A program made the position numbers and the translations under genes. This document shows, piece by piece, positions 13,466 through 27,599 of a stretch of DNA of 64,000 nt. This DNA comes from Squalus acanthias (lineage: Eukaryota). Positions within the stretch are counted from its first letter, which is position 1; each line of letters starts with the position of its first letter. Location: NCBI GenBank assembly GCA_030390025.1, contig CM059432.1, positions 64,418,001-64,482,000 on the forward strand. Reading direction: 5' to 3'. The notes below the pieces were generated by a model that did not search any database, was not told where the DNA came from, and saw only the letters and a list, made by a program, of their open reading frames with translations.

Positions 13466-14162
13466 GGGCTAGAAATTTGCCTCCTTTGCACCTCCCGTTA
13501 GCGCCTCCAAGGGGGGGGGGGGACAATAACGGGGCGCTACCGGCTTTGCGACCAGAGAGTACTGATACCCGCGAAATTCCCGTTGAGGTTTGCAGCGACG
13601 GTAACCCCTAGCGTCACAATCTCCTGCGCCCGGAGATCGTGACGTCATCGTGCTGCGCATCGCCCCGGTCACACCCCGTACCCGAAATACGGTTCCGCCC
13701 CTTGCAGCATCGCCGGGTGACAACACCAACAGCTGCAGGAGACGTTGTCAGGGAGGCCGGCCACTTTGGGAGCAGTATTTAAAGGCGATGATGGTTGCAT
13801 GGAAAAAACACATTTTTTAATGCCTTACGTCCATTTTTCAGCATTTTCTTCGGCCACGATCAATCAGCCCTGCACTCTGCTAGAGTGCTTGGGGCTGATC
13901 GTGTCGGATCGCGACTGCCGTCGGCGACGAAGAACTTCGTTTCAATGCAGAGCCTGCAGCAATGGCCCTTCCCTTTAAGGGAGGGAAGGAGCTTCCGTTC
14001 CCAGCAGCGCTGCCCTCGACATTGGGTAGCGCTGTACCACTACCGCTTCTTGGAGCGTTACAACTGAATTTCGCGGGAGCCTATCATCATTAGCGCCTGG
14101 CGCTAATTTTCAGCTTTCGAAGTTTTAGCGCTCCAAATGGGGCTATAATGGATTTCTCCCCC
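13466..14162. mobile_element. CpG-rich Harbinger-type MITE
   Basis: Ends gggctagaaatt / gatttctccccc; repeated tagcgcc motifs shared with 47511-48059. Confidence 0.7.
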
Positions 14163-14379
14163 AAACTCTAATTTTGTCAAAAGAATCCCAGCACATTCTC
14201 TCTTAGACAAAACATTTCTCTTACCCTGTGCACAGAATGGTTCTCTCTTTCGTTGAATAATTTCATTTGTACTTACTAGAATGTGAACATATGGATCCTT
14301 CTTCAGCCATCTTTTCCAGGAACTCACCATGTGACTATTACCCATGTGTGAGCCTTGTGGTTAGTGCCAGCAGGCTATT

Positions 14380-15768
14380 TAGAAACATAGAAACATAGAA
14401 AATAGGTACAGGAGTAGACCATTCGGTCCTTCGAGCCTGCACCGCCATTCAATGCGTTCATGGCTGAACATGCTACCTCAGTACCCCATTCCTGCTTTCT
14501 CGCCATACCCCTTGATCCCCCTAGTTGTGAGTGTTATATCTAACTCCCTTTTGAATATATTTAGCGAACTGGCCTCAACAACCTTCTGTGGAAGAGAATT
14601 CCATAGATTCACCACTCTCTGGGTGAAGAAGTTCCTCCTCAGCTCAGTCCTAAATGGCTTCCCCTTAATCCTTAGACTGTGACCCCTGGTTCTAGTTTTC
14701 CCTACCATTGGGAACATTCTGCCCGCATCTAATTTGTCTAAACCAGTCAGGATTTTAAATGTCTCTATAAGATCCCCCCTCATTCTTCTGAACTCCAGAG
14801 GATACAAGTTCAGTTGACCCAATCTTTCTTGATATGTCAGTCCGGCCATCCCAGGAATCAATCTAGTGAACCTTCGCTGCACTCCCTCAATAGCAAGAAT
14901 GTCCTTCCTTAAGTTAGGAGACCAAAACTGCGCACAATACTCCAGGTGTGGCCTCACCAAGGCCCTGTACAACTGCAGCATCACCTCCCTACTCCTGTAC
15001 TCAAATCCCCTTACTATGAAGGCCATCATTCCGTTTGCTTTCTTGACTGCCTGCTGCACTTGCATTCCCACCTTCAATGACTGATGTACCATGATGCCCA
15101 GGTCTCGTTGCACCTCCCCTTTCCCTAATCTGCCACCATTCAGGTAATAGTCCGCCTCTCTATTTTTACCACCAAAGTGGATAACCTCACATTTATCCAC
15201 ATTGTACTTCATCTGCCATACATTTGCCCATTCACCCAACCTGTCCAAGTCACTCTGTAGCCTCCTAGCATCCTCCTCATTGTTCACACTGCCTCCTAAT
15301 TTAGTGTCATCCGCAAATTTGGAGATATTACATTTAATCCCTTCGTCCAAATCATTAATATATAATGTAAACAGCTGGGGTCCCAGCACCGAACCCTGCG
15401 GTACCCCGCTGGTCACTGCCTGCCATTCTGAAAAGTACCCATTTACTCCTACTCTTTGTTTCCTGTGTGCCAACCAGTTCTCAATCCACGTCAACACATT
15501 ACCCCCAATCCCATGTGCTTTAACTTTGCTCACCAATCTCTTGTGTGGAACCTTGTCGAAGGCCTTCTGAAAGTCCAAATACACCACATCTACTGGTTCC
15601 CCCCTGTCCACCCTATTGGAAACATCCTCAAAAAATTCCAGAAGATTTGTCAAGCATGATTTCCCTTTCACAAATCCATGCTGACTTGGACCTATCATGT
15701 CGCCACTTTCCAAATGGTCTGTTATGACATCTTTAATAATTGCTTCCATCATTTTACCCACAACCGAT
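14380..15768 (-). mobile_element. 5'-truncated CR1 LINE with an uninterrupted RT C-terminal reading frame
   Basis: ORF 14478..15950 is CR1 RT from SVVGKMMEAII onward; agaaacatagaaacatag tail. Confidence 0.95.
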
Positions 15769-15929
15769 TTAATTGCAAGAGCATCACAGCCAAGTTCAGT
15801 TCTGTCCCCCACCCAAAGTCCACACATGTGCATATTCAGCAAAGTCTGTTGGATAGTGAGCAGCAGTGTTGGATAGTGAGCAGCAGTGGCAAACCTCTCC
15901 GATTTCCTCCTTCCTAATCGAGAGGTGCT

Positions 15930-16055
15930 GAGGTCAATTGCAGCACTCATACTGGCACCTGAGCTGAGATCAGATAATTCAGCACAAACCAGGGATCGAA
16001 ACTGGAACCTTCCTAGTCTGTATGGCTTAGTTAGATAAACTTGCTGAGTGAGCTA
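15930..16055 (-). mobile_element. tRNA-derived SINE remnant, with a related copy on + at about 44665-44830
   Basis: B-box-like sequence plus a shared gatccctggtttgtgctga core. Confidence 0.5.
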
Positions 16056-17944
16056 ACATTTCTGTTCTAATGAAATAAGCATTATCAGTAGAAGTTCAGC
16101 ACCACCCCTTTGTAACAATAAGTGGTTTGAGATCCATGGTATCTGCACTTTTCTGAACTGGGTTTCACTCTGTTAAGTCATCATAAGCCCTCATAACCAA
16201 ACCAAGATTGTGATAGAAATAATATATATCTCAGAGGTGAATTCCTTGAGAGATGAAGTTCAGAGAATATGATGATTGACCTTTAATCTTTTACCAAAAT
16301 AATCTCACAATTTGAACTCAAAACACATTGAAACAAATGTCACATTCAGTTAGTTTGCTCCTGTTTGTTTAATCTAAGCTGTTCCATTCCTTTTTTGAGA
16401 ATAAAGACCTATGAGGTTAATAATAATTAGCAAATGCTGTTAATTATTGAACAAAAAATCTGGCAAGGTGATGAAGAATTCTGTACAAACATTGCTGCTG
16501 TGCAATTATTAACTGTAATTATTTTGATGACTGTATTTCAAAGGCCCAGAAATTCCTCAGAGCTTCACCTGTTGGGCCCTGTAATTTCACTGGAAGTGTG
16601 GTGAAACCCCATTTATATCCGTAAATGAGCAATGAGTGAGATTTTAACTGCTATGGGATTTCCAGTGAGAAACCACTGGTTTCAGTTAGTTTCCTGCCCA
16701 CATGCGGAGGTATGAGGCCATGACGATTTGAAAAACTGACGATCAAATTACTAGGCAGTTAAAATATGCTACTTATTCTGGCCCACTACCAAATTACCCC
16801 CTTCAGCTTCAACAGATAAGATCAAAAGAGTTGGCAACAGAGCATAAAGGGCTCTGACTGTTATTCATACATTATGCTTTCCATTTAGAAAGGTTTTTAT
16901 AGTATCTACCAACATGCTGCAAACACACATTTATTCCGATGTCAGAGAGGAGCTTTCCAAAGTGAATGCACATTGTCTGCCATTTCCAATGAAAGCTTTG
17001 TGCCAGTGAACTTTCCCTCTGCTATTCAACATATGGGAGCCAAATTATCAACTACAGGTCCCAGGCAGTTCCAAGTATTTTAGAACGGTGCTAATCCAAG
17101 TAATCAAGTAAAATAGCACTCAATTCTCTGGTGTAAACTAATTTGAATAATTATTCACAGCAAACACTGATGGGTCTAGGGAATCAATAGTGGTGGGAGA
17201 GGAAATCTGGATGTAAGTGAAATTTAAAGGGCGGGGATAATTAAAGGGAAGTGTGACAATAAGAAAACAAACCTTGAGAAAGTTTTTGAAGAGTCTTAGA
17301 AAGCATTTTAACCCATCAGCTGTAAGGCCAGGGGATTTAGAAGAGAATGAAGCAAAAATGGAATCCTTCATGCAGGCATAAATCTGTAGACAAGTGACAG
17401 AGCAACACAGCAGCTAGCCCCTTGTGGAATGGTTTCTGAAATGGAGGTACTTGGAGAAGGATTACCCTTTGCACCATCCCCATAGGTTATCATTGCAGCA
17501 CACCTGAAAGGGGGAGCAGGCACGTTTCAGGACACAGCTGACTGTTACTGGCCTCTGCATGTGCCTGCAATGTAGCTGCAGATGCTACAGCACCACTGAC
17601 ATAAGGAGCAAATATCCACTGTGCTGCTCCTTGGAACATACTGGGGGCACATAGCACAACATCGCACACGCCCAGCCTGTGATTTTAATAGATGGAAGAC
17701 GTAACCTGGAAGTACACAATTTTGTGGTTTGGATTCGGCGCACACCAAAGAATAATGCAGTCGAATTTTTAAAGGTCCTCCCACCTGGACAAGAGGTTCC
17801 AACACCTGCTTCAAGCCTGACCGTAAGTTGATACAGGGCCGAAATTAGGCAGAAATCTGGCAGAAAAGATTGCCACCTAATTTTGCGATCCCATGCACTC
17901 CATCTTCACCCAAAAACAACTACGGATGGGATGGTTCTTAACAC

Positions 17945-18125
17945 TTCATCGTCACTGGGTCAAAATCCTGGAACTCTCTACCTAACAGCACTGTGGGAGT
18001 ATGTTCACCACACGGACTGCAGCAGTTCAAGAAGGCGGCTCACCACCACCTTCTCAAGGGCAATTAAGGATGGGCATTAAATGCTGGCCTTGCCAACAAC
18101 ACCCACAACCCGTGAATGACTTAAA
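17945..18125 (+). mobile_element. 3' tail of another CR1-clade LINE
   Basis: Encodes WNSLP-like and FKKAAHHHLL-like C-terminal residues, followed by a 3' UTR. Confidence 0.65.
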
Positions 18126-18324
18126 AGAAACACTGAAATAAGCCCCTTGACATCTCATCTCATTCACTTCCCATTACCATTTAATGTCACTAGTTTTAAT
18201 TAAAATGTACAATAGTAATTCTAACCAATCACCCATGTAAATACACCTGCACTATCACACATTATTGAAAAAAGTCACTGAAATTTCCTATTTGTAATGT
18301 TCTCCTCCAATTGTATTTCTTCAG

Positions 18325-18382
18325 GGTGGAGCTGAACACAATATTCCAGTCATTATATCGAAAATCTCAAAAGAACAAAGAG
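18325..18382 (+). CDS. SNTG1: SNTG1 exon, GGAEHNIPVIISKISKEQR
   Basis: ttcag acceptor and gtatga donor; 58 nt, phase 0 to 1. Confidence 0.95.
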
Positions 18383-18485
18383 GTATGACATATTTGTCTT
18401 ATTAATTTTCTATTATTTTAACCTTTAGTTGTCAATATGAAGTAGCTTGACATCAGATTTTTTTTCTCCTGTATTATTTGCAAAG

Positions 18486-18529
18486 CTGACCTATCCGGCT
18501 TGCTGTTTATCGGAGATGCTATCCTTCAG
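18486..18529 (+). CDS. SNTG1: SNTG1 exon, (A)DLSGLLFIGDAILQ
   Basis: caaag acceptor and gtgtgt donor; 44 nt, phase 1 to 0. Confidence 0.95.
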
Positions 18530-18650
18530 GTGTGTACGCTGTAATGTTTTCTTAATTGAGCAATTACTGCTGACCACAGATAACTGCAGTGAATTTAGAT
18601 TTGTCAGCAAATATTTTTTGTTTCCTTTCCTGCTTTCCCTGCACCATTAG

Positions 18651-18692
18651 ATAAATGGAATAAATGTTAGGAACTGCAAACATGAAGAAGTG
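18651..18692 (+). CDS. SNTG1: SNTG1 exon, INGINVRNCKHEEV
   Basis: cattag acceptor and gtgagt donor; 42 nt. Confidence 0.95.
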
Positions 18693-19239
18693 GTGAGTAC
18701 AAGATGAATTTCTGATTCTTGTCCCTCTTTTTGCTGTAAAAAGAACACATTAGAGTGGAGCTCATCCAGAAATACATATACATTTTGAAACCTGCGTAAA
18801 AATGTCATCCTTTCAGAAAATAAGTACTTGAGAAGTGAGTAGATTTAAACCTTTCACACGCCAGGAGCATTGTTCATACCAAGAGGCAAAAATACCAACG
18901 TGATCACTACACACAGCCAAATTCAATTTGCCAAAGTAAAAACAATAATAAATATAAGGAGAAATATTCCACTTCATTTTAATAGATAAAAAATCACAGG
19001 CAATTTCCTGATATACGTTCTCAGTGTGCACCAGGACTGCTAAAGTGGAAAATCGACCCTATATTTTTTTTAAATTACTGTTGTGTTTGCATCAGATATA
19101 TGCCTCAGGCATTATGCCAGGTAAACCATAGAAAATGTCATGCTTTCCAACCCCTATTTGAATATATGCATTTTAACTTTTAGGACTATACAAGGGGACT
19201 AGAGAAGGGGATCTCAGTGACCCCAAAACTTGTTGACTA

Positions 19240-21065
19240 TGGGGTATAAATTTCAGTCTGTGCAAAATAATCATGGGAGGGGGGGGGATGTGAAAGCAGT
19301 TGAGGATCCATTTTACTAGATCCCAACTCAACAATTTCTAGTTGGTCCTACTGGTCAGATGCTCTTGCATGTTGTGATTTGGCAGACTCGTGCAAATCGC
19401 ATAAAAATGAGGTTAAAAATAAAATCCCATTCTTTTCTGTGGGATCTCATTGTGCAAATAGCCAGCCCATTAAATAGTGGGTGTTAAGGTCAGAACATTC
19501 AAATCTCATCCAGAAAGTGACCATTTTGGTTGTTTGAACAAAAATTGCTTAAATTCCTGCCCCCTTCTGCTCTTGTTTTTGGAGGCGGAAGAGAGTGAAA
19601 GAAGTGATGTGAAGCAAGCGTGTTTACACCAGAGGCAGACTGTCGCACTACCTGAGAATGTCTGAACAGAACTGCCTTCACAAACTGAGATTCACAAAGG
19701 AGGCAGTGATTTGCTATCTGCTGCAATCTGACCTGTAGACAACCTCAAGTGCAAGCCCTACAACTGGTTCACCACATTCACTGCTGTGGTGGCTGGCTGG
19801 TTTGCCTGCTTTCTGACACATGAATGGGGGAGAGGATGGGTTGAACGTGGCATCACCTTCAGTGGCGAGCCTCATCTATACCTACTCCAGCCACACTTCT
19901 TTTTGGGCACTCTCTCACCATATCCATTGATTTGCCTGGGAGCAGATCCCTGTGCAATGGATGTCTCTGTCCAATCCCCCAACATGTTGAAACTAGACAA
20001 GGGAACCTGCTCTACATTTGTGCTCTAGGCCTCCATACCAGCTCTGTGAGCATTGATGGGAGAAACTCCCATTGTGCAAAGGAAGGTTGTCACTGGAGCC
20101 TCAGCTGCAGATACCCGTGGAGTTGCCATGGTGCGCTGCAGTTATGATATTGATTGAGCTCAATTGCACAGATGTGACTGGTGGACTCCCCTGCAGATCA
20201 TCTGCACAATATCAAATTACTCCAGAAGGCAATCATTCTCAGATACTCAGGCTACATGAGTTCCGAAGCCCTGAGTTGGGCAAATGGGGAACATTGTGAG
20301 CTGACCAGCAGGTGTCTGTTCCTCCACTGCCACCATCGCATGCCTCACTTGTGCTCTGTGATTCACCTGGTGGTACCTCCTGACACTGAGGAATCCCCCT
20401 AGGTCGATGTACCTCTGCTGGTGCTTGCTGAGATGGAGTGAGTGATGCAGTGTGCTGTGAGGTGCTAGCTTCTTCTATTTCTCTGGGAGATACAGCTGCT
20501 AGGGGAAAGCGTTTTGAAAAAGAAGAGAAAATAATGTTAAAAGCTGGCTGCAAAACATCCATTCAAACGGTGCTTACATGACAATATACTGTGGCCTACA
20601 TTTTTTTCAGTGGTCGAGTCATTGTCAGAAGTGCACCAGGACCAGACTTCCACCCACCATGGTGGCCCCACTGAGGTTTCATTACTCCACTTCCTTGCAC
20701 AAATACGGACAGCTCCCAGTGCTGTATTTGCTTTTTACTGGCAGCCTGCAAGGGAGTGGGGGAGTGAAATCTAATGTTGTTGCAGCATTTTAAGTGGCTG
20801 GAACAACAGGAAGGTCAAGGAAGCAATTTTGATTATTTTCAATCAGGAAAGCTAGAATGTCTGTGATTGATTCTTTGGGCCACAGAGCCTCCAGATTCAC
20901 TGGCTGAACACTGGAGGTCCTATTGACTAAATTAAGTCAAAAGAGGACCCGTAGCTTTGGATCAGAGGGAAGGAGGCCCACAAAGACATGATCCAAGGTC
21001 AGTGGAAGGAGGTGGCTTTGGCAGTCAGTGCCATCTCCCACAACACTTGTATGGCTGCTCAATAC
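19240..21065 (+). mobile_element. Heavily decayed Harbinger-derived sequence (transposase and Myb/SANT remnants)
   Basis: TIR-like ggggtataaatt; QWKEVALAVSA Myb-like remnant at about 21000; weak transposase-like remnants at 19970-20290. Confidence 0.4.
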
Positions 21066-21375
21066 CGTGGCCTAGAAATTGGAGAAGGCCCGAAAACAGA
21101 CTTGGGGATCGCGATGCGCGATCAACCCGTGCTCATTCCTTCCGGTGCAAGCAGCAAGCACACTTTGTGCTGCTTGACAATTTACATGATTGCAGCGTGC
21201 AGCCCAGTGCTAAATGTGCTGTTGAGTGGCAGCACACTCAGCAGGGGGCCCAAGTTCGTGCGAGACTAGCACCAATTAAAGCCAGCCTGCACCTCTTAAA
21301 GGGGAGGTGAAGTTTGACGAGAGTGGGTACTGGAAGTCATTGCTGAAGGGAGTTTCACCTGGGAGAAATATAGGA

Positions 21376-23238
21376 ATGGCACAACAGGACAGAGAGAGGG
21401 CTCCAAGGTCTCCGACGCAGAACTGGGGGCCTTAGTACAGGAGATAAAAAGGAGAAGAGAGGTCCTGTATCCGCAGGGGGCCGGAAGCCCTCCAGACAGA
21501 CACTGCAAAGGCAGTGGGAGCAGATAGTGGTGGAGGTCAATGCTAGCAGTGTTGCCCCGAGGACCTGGATACAGTGCTGAAAGAACTTTAATGACCTCAC
21601 ACGAGTGGTCAAGGTCAGTGAATTAATCTTCAAATGCCATATCCCACCAACTGCAACACTAGCCTCAGACACTGCTCAATTTACCCCCCCCCGCCCCATT
21701 ACTCACCTATCAACAATTTCTATCAATCACAACTCATACCTCAAATTCATAAGCTCCACCTCACCCTTACATAGTTACCACTGCTCACACCCACATTTCA
21801 CAGCTTGCAAACATTGCCAGCTATTCAACCATGGGCACATCACCCAAACACATTGAAACACACTCACTGATCCACTTCCCTCTTTCTTGCAGGACAAAGT
21901 GGTGCACAGCCGCAGGCAGCAGCAGCTAACCAGAAAGGGACAGGTGTGCCTGTACATCCTTACCCCGATCGAGGAGACGGTGCTCACCATTATTGGAGCA
22001 GCCGTGACTGTGGTGTGGCCATACCTAATCCTCCATCTCACATTCCACTTCCCTCTCATCCCACAATCTCTTCTGATTTAGAAGCTGCAGATGTTGTAAG
22101 CATGCACATCTTGCTTTCCCCACCTTCCCCTCACCACAACCCTACCCTTGTGCCTTTCTCCATTCAGATACCCAAGAACTCCAACCTAGGCAGGCAGTGG
22201 TGGAAGAGGAGGAGGAGAATGATGATGAAGAAGAAACACCGTCACGCGAACTCACACTCGCAGCCACCAGCTCAGATACTGGCAATGCGCATACTTTAGA
22301 GGGTAGCATAGAGGCGGGATCTGTATGTGGTGAGTCACCGGGCATGAGTGGGCTGCAGCCAGGGCAGGGGGAAAGGGTAGCGTATTGCCAGCTCCCTGGA
22401 GGCCAAGGTTGCACACGAGTTCTGCTGTACAGGACTCAGATGAAGACTTCGAATGAGCGGTCTACAGAAGAACGTTGATGGGTATGCACAATGAAATGCT
22501 TGGTGCATTGGCAGACCTGCCAGAAAGCCTGAGTGCAATGTCAAGGAGCATGGATGATTCCTGTATCAACCTTGCACAGGGCTTTGCACAGAGCTTGGAG
22601 ACCATCCTTTCCAGCGTGGAAAGGGTGGGCAGATCCATTAGTACACTTGTGGACCCAACCGTGATGCAGCCTCTGATGGCCGATGTCTCAGCTTCCATTG
22701 CAGCACAAGCAGAAGCCACGCAACATCTGAGTGTTGCAATGGAAGCTTAGACTGAAGTCATGCAAGCTCAGCTTGTTGCGACACAAGCACAGACTGCTGC
22801 CATCATGGCTGGGTTTACCAGTGTTGAAAGTGTCTCAGCAGTCCAGCAATCTGTCCTCCAACAGGTTACTAGGATTGTTGAGGTGCCACCCCGGGGGAGT
22901 GGCAGTGGCTCCATGGAGCATGAACATGATGTCCTCTCTCAGGATGACCGCAATGTCCTCCCACCACTGCCACTCCGCCATTGCCCTTGGTGTTGCCTGT
23001 CAGCCAGCCAGCCTAGACTGCTGCCGCCCATGCCGAGGTGGTGCAGTCTGAAGTCGGGCCTACGAGGCCCAGAGCAGCTCGAGATCGTTCTGCAAGGCCA
23101 TCTGCTGTCTCACCCACAGAAATTCAGCAGCCTTCCAACAGATATGCTGCAGCCACTGGGGTAGCACTGTGTAGGAGCACCAGGATAGGCAAAGGCACAC
23201 AGAAGACAGGCACTAAGGGAATGCACAAGGGTGATTAG
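21376..23238 (+). pseudogene. Harbinger Myb/SANT DNA-binding protein gene, spliced (exons about 21376-21613, 21893-22015, 22168-23238), disrupted
   Basis: WEQIVVEVNASSVAPRTWIQC*KNFNDL then aag/gtcagt donor; ttgcag/DKVVHSRR..LTPIEETVLTIIG; acidic and coiled-coil C-terminus. Confidence 0.75.
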
Positions 23239-23479
23239 TTGACTTTTGAATTAAATATAGGAATGGTTCCATTTCTAAATTTGGTTTGGAATGTTTGTTT
23301 TGTGGTGGCTTTTATTGTAGCATTGTGGCCAAGAGGACGCAGTGATGGTCAGTAACAGAGGGAAGGTAAGGTACGGAACTATTGGTGAATGGGAAATTGG
23401 AGTTGCGTTCACTGGTACCACAGTCAAATGATTCGATCATGGACAGCCCGGGCAGAAATGGGCTGTCTGGGTTGCCTCA

Positions 23480-24290
23480 ACCCTTCCTCCTCCTCCTCTT
23501 ACTCCTCCTCCTCTCCTCCTCCTCCTCTTCCTCCTCCTTCTCTTCCTCCTCCTTCTCTTCCTCTTCCTCCTCCTCCTCCTCAGCTGCTCACCGTATGCCT
23601 GGTGGCCAAGGGCTGTGCCCCCATGATGGCGAGGCTGTGGAGCATGCAGCAGACAATGACTGATCTTGAGACGCACCTTGCCGAGTACTGCAGAGCTCCT
23701 CTAGAGCGGCCCAAGCAGAGGAAGCATGTTTAAGCACGCCAATGGTCTGCTCTATCATATTCCGTGTGGCAGCATGGCTTTCGTTATATGCATGCTGCCC
23801 ACATGTGCCTGGGTTGTACACTGGAGTCATGAGCCAGGTGGTCAGCGGATAGCCCTTGTCGCCCAGTAGCCACCCTCTGGTTTGTCGTAGTAGCTCAAAT
23901 ACAGATGGTACAGCGGATTGCCACAGAATGAAGGCATCATGACTGTTTCCAGGATACCAAGCATGGACCTGCATGGACCTGTATGATCGCACACCATCTG
24001 GTCATTGAGGGAGTGGAATCTCTTCCGGTTGTGATGCATCTCCAAATTGAGATGTGGTGCCTGCAGTCAGTGGCACCCTACACCATGGGGAAGCCTGCAA
24101 TCCTCGCGAAGCTGCACACTCGCTCCACTTGCTTCTCTCTAGCAAGAGGGAATGAAATGTTTTCAGCTCTCTTTGCATACAGAGCCTCAGTGACCTCCTT
24201 CATACAGCAGTGGACGGCAAACTGGAAGATGTTGCAAATATCGGCTGCTCCAGCCTGGAAGGAGCCCGACGCATAAAAATGCACAGTCCT
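23480..24290 (-). pseudogene. Harbinger DDE transposase remnant; the (CCT)n tract at 23483-23583 is its poly-Glu tail
   Basis: [42 protein letters not shown] and TRNMIEQTIG spread over several frames. Confidence 0.9.
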
Positions 24291-25673
24291 GCAGTTGGGC
24301 TTGGAGTGCATGGTTGTTCCAACACAATCTCCAGCAGGAACACCACCAACAGAGGATCCAAGGACAATCCTAGTTGCTGATGCACATCCTGACATCAAGG
24401 TAGCACTGAGAAGAGAGGACGTTTGGGATAAAAGGATAGACAAATGTAGGCAGTTAGCTATTATTAATGAATGTGCTAACATGTTTATAGGAAATCCTCT
24501 CTCCACTATTTTACTGAAATTGTTAGCAAATTTACAATAAACCAATTAAAATAGTAAGCAAAGGAATATCAGCAGAACACATTAACACATTTGTTAGTAA
24601 TATCACACAGCATGACTTCAACCCATTAGTGTTGCAATGAGATGTATTACTATTAACAAAGAGAGGCAGCTGTGCAATGATACGTTAATGTATCTCTTAT
24701 TTTTCCCATTTGACTCCAAGTACAGTATATATATTCTATTAGAGAATCAGTTTCCATTTGGACCTTATACACTTCACTTATTTGATGTTACCATCTGTAA
24801 TTTGGTGTGCGTGCATGCCATAATGCTGTGCCCTTGTCTCCCGACTGGAAAAAAAATTGTGTTAATTATATTTCAAGGTTACTTATACACAATTACCTGG
24901 CTATTTTATTTGAGAATTCGCTTGGTGTCAGCCTCATTATCTGTGGACTGTAATGTCTGTTTACGCTTGCTTCAACACAAACTACTTCAGAACAATTCGT
25001 TTCACAAGTCCTTGTTAAAGAATTCACTTATTTAAAAAAAGTTGTAGTTCTAATATTTCTCCTTATATTTTTAAAATGTGCTGTTGGAGGAATTTTAGTA
25101 ACAAATGCTTTGCTCAAAAACAAGAACTTAAATTGTACAAAACAAATATTCCGCTCTACCTCACTTACTATAAGATTGTCTGTGACATTAGTACACAGTA
25201 AACGATATAATAATTCCTATTTAGTTGGATGCCTTTGTAACAAACTTTTAATCTCTTGCTCAATGAATAACCAATGTCGCTTAGGGGGCACGTTTCTTAG
25301 AGGGCAATTTTCGGGTTCCTTTCACGCCGATTTTACCCGAAAATAGAGCGATAGTGGGACCACAATTGTGTGTACAGTTGAAGCGCCAACTTGCTATTGA
25401 ACTTCCGCCTATTCTGATTTTTGGGTGGACCTTGATTGAGCTCCCACCAGAAACAGGCAGGAGCCTCATTAATAAATGCAAATAGGGGTCAGATCACGTA
25501 GTTACAACCCCCAACTCCATTTTTGTCTCTTCCCATGTTGCTACCCCCAGTTCCTGATCTCGCCTACAAACCATGTGCAGTAAAAACTAGGAGGTGGCTA
25601 TTTCCAACAACATTTAAAGGGATCCTGAGTTGTTCTCAGATAGAACGCTGCAAAGTTTTGGGAGACATTTTTG

Positions 25674-27590
25674 CATAGAATTACATCGAGTCTACAGCAC
25701 AGAAACAGGCTATTTGGCCCAACTAGTCTATGTCGGCATTATGCTCCACACGAGCCTTCTCCCAACCGTCTTCATCTAACTCTATCAGCATATCCTTCTA
25801 TTCCTTTCTCTCTCATATGCTTATCTAGCTTCCCTTTAAATGCATCCATGCTATTTGCCTCAACTGCTCCCTGTGTTAGCGAGTTCCACATTCTTACCAC
25901 TCTTTTGGTAAAGAAGTTTCTCCCGAAATCCTTATTGGATTTATTGGACTATCTTATATTTATGATCCCTAGTTTTGGTCTCTCCCACAAGTGGAAACGT
26001 TTTCTCTACGTCTACTCTGTCAAACCTTTTCATAATTTCAAAGACCTTTATCAGGTCACTGCTCAGCCTTCTCTTTTCTAGAGAAAAGAGGCCCAGCCTA
26101 TTCAACCTTTCCTGATAAGTATATCCTTTCAATTCTGGTATCATCCTTGTGAATCTTTTTTGGCCTTATTAACTTGCTACTTTAAGTGATTTGTGTATCT
26201 GTACCCCTAGATCCCTTTGCTCCTCTACCACATTGTATCGAGCCTTGTTTAGACCACACTTGGAGTACTGCATACAATTCTGGTCACCATATTATAGAAA
26301 GGATATAGAGGCACTGGAGAAGGTGCAGAGAAGATTTACAAGGATGATACCAGAAATATGAGGGTATACCTATCAGGAAAGGATGGACAGGCTGGGTCCC
26401 TTTTAGCTTGAAAAAAGAAGGCTAAGGGGTGACCTAATAGAGGTCCTTATAATTATGAAAGGTTTTGATAGAGTGGATACAGAGAGAGTGTTTCCACTTG
26501 TGGGGAAGAGAATAACTAGAGGCCATCAATATAAGATAGTCACCAAGAAATCAAATAGGGAATTCAGAAGAAACTTCTTTACCCAGAGGGTGGTGAGAAT
26601 GTGGAACTCACTACCACAGGGAGTAGTTGAAGCAAATAGTATAGATGCATTTAAGGGAAGGCTAGATAAGGCTAGATAAGAGGGAGAAGGGAATAGAGGG
26701 TTATGCTGATAGATTTAGATGAGGAAAGGCAGGAGGAGGCTCGAGTGGAGCATAAATGCCAGCATGGACTGGTTGGGCCGAATGGCCTGTTTCTGTGCTG
26801 TATAGCCTATGTAATCCTAAATTAGACTCTTATTATCCAAGGAGTATGTGGCCTCCTTATTCTTCCTACCAAAATTTATTTTCCAATTACACGCCCATTC
26901 TGCAAGTTTATTCATGTCTTGTATTTTGTTACAGTCTTCTTCAGTATTAACTATACCCTGCTAATTTGATGTCGTCCTCAAATTTTGAAATTGTACTTCC
27001 AATTCCCGAGTCCAAATTGTTAATGCAAATAGTGAACAACAGTAGTCTCAACACTGATCCTTGTGGTACACCACTTCCCACCTTTTGCCAGTCTGAGTAG
27101 CTACCCTTAACTCCTACTCTCTGTTTTCTGTTCTGTAGCCAGCTTGTTATCCATTCTGCTACTTGTCTCCTGACTCCACATTCTGACCTTAGTCATGAGT
27201 ACCTTATGCTGTACCTTATTGAAGGCCTTTTGAAAATCTAAATATATTACAGATACTGCATTACCCTTGTCTAGTCTTTCTGTCACTTCTTCAAAGAATT
27301 CAGTAAGGTTTATCAAGCATGACCTTCCCTTTTGAATTCCATGCTGACTACTCTTTATTATATTTTCAGTTTCTAGATGTTTTTCTATTACATCTTTGAG
27401 TAAAGATTCCATTATCTTTCCTAGCACTGGCGTTAAGCTAACTGGTCTATAGTTCTCTGGACTTGCTCTATCTCCCTTTTTAAATATAGGAATAACATTA
27501 GCTGGCTGCCAGTCCTCTGGCACTATCCCCTTTTCTTGTGAATATTTATATATATGTAATAGTACCTCTGCTATCTCTTCTCTAACTTCT
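25674..27590 (-). mobile_element. Decayed CR1 (-) containing a nested CR1 3' fragment on + (about 26234-26820)
   Basis: ORFs 27107..27523 and 25941..26144 on minus and 26455..26679 on plus; tails at 25674 and about 26810. Confidence 0.88.
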
Positions 27591-27599
27591 TTTTTCTTG

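Larger units (their letters stand above)
21069..24400. mobile_element. Decayed PIF/Harbinger transposon with convergent Myb/SANT gene (+) and transposase (-); right end missing
   Basis: Left TIR ggcctagaaatt; convergent two-gene layout typical of Harbinger. Confidence 0.88.

Noticed and set aside
14478-15950. 490-aa RT with a novel N-terminus
   Set aside because: The first ~60 residues are flanking DNA read through the 5' truncation point of a CR1
23382-23733. Poly-Pro, poly-Ser or poly-Arg ORFs
   Set aside because: These are alternative frames of the (CCT)n tract corresponding to the transposase's acidic tail
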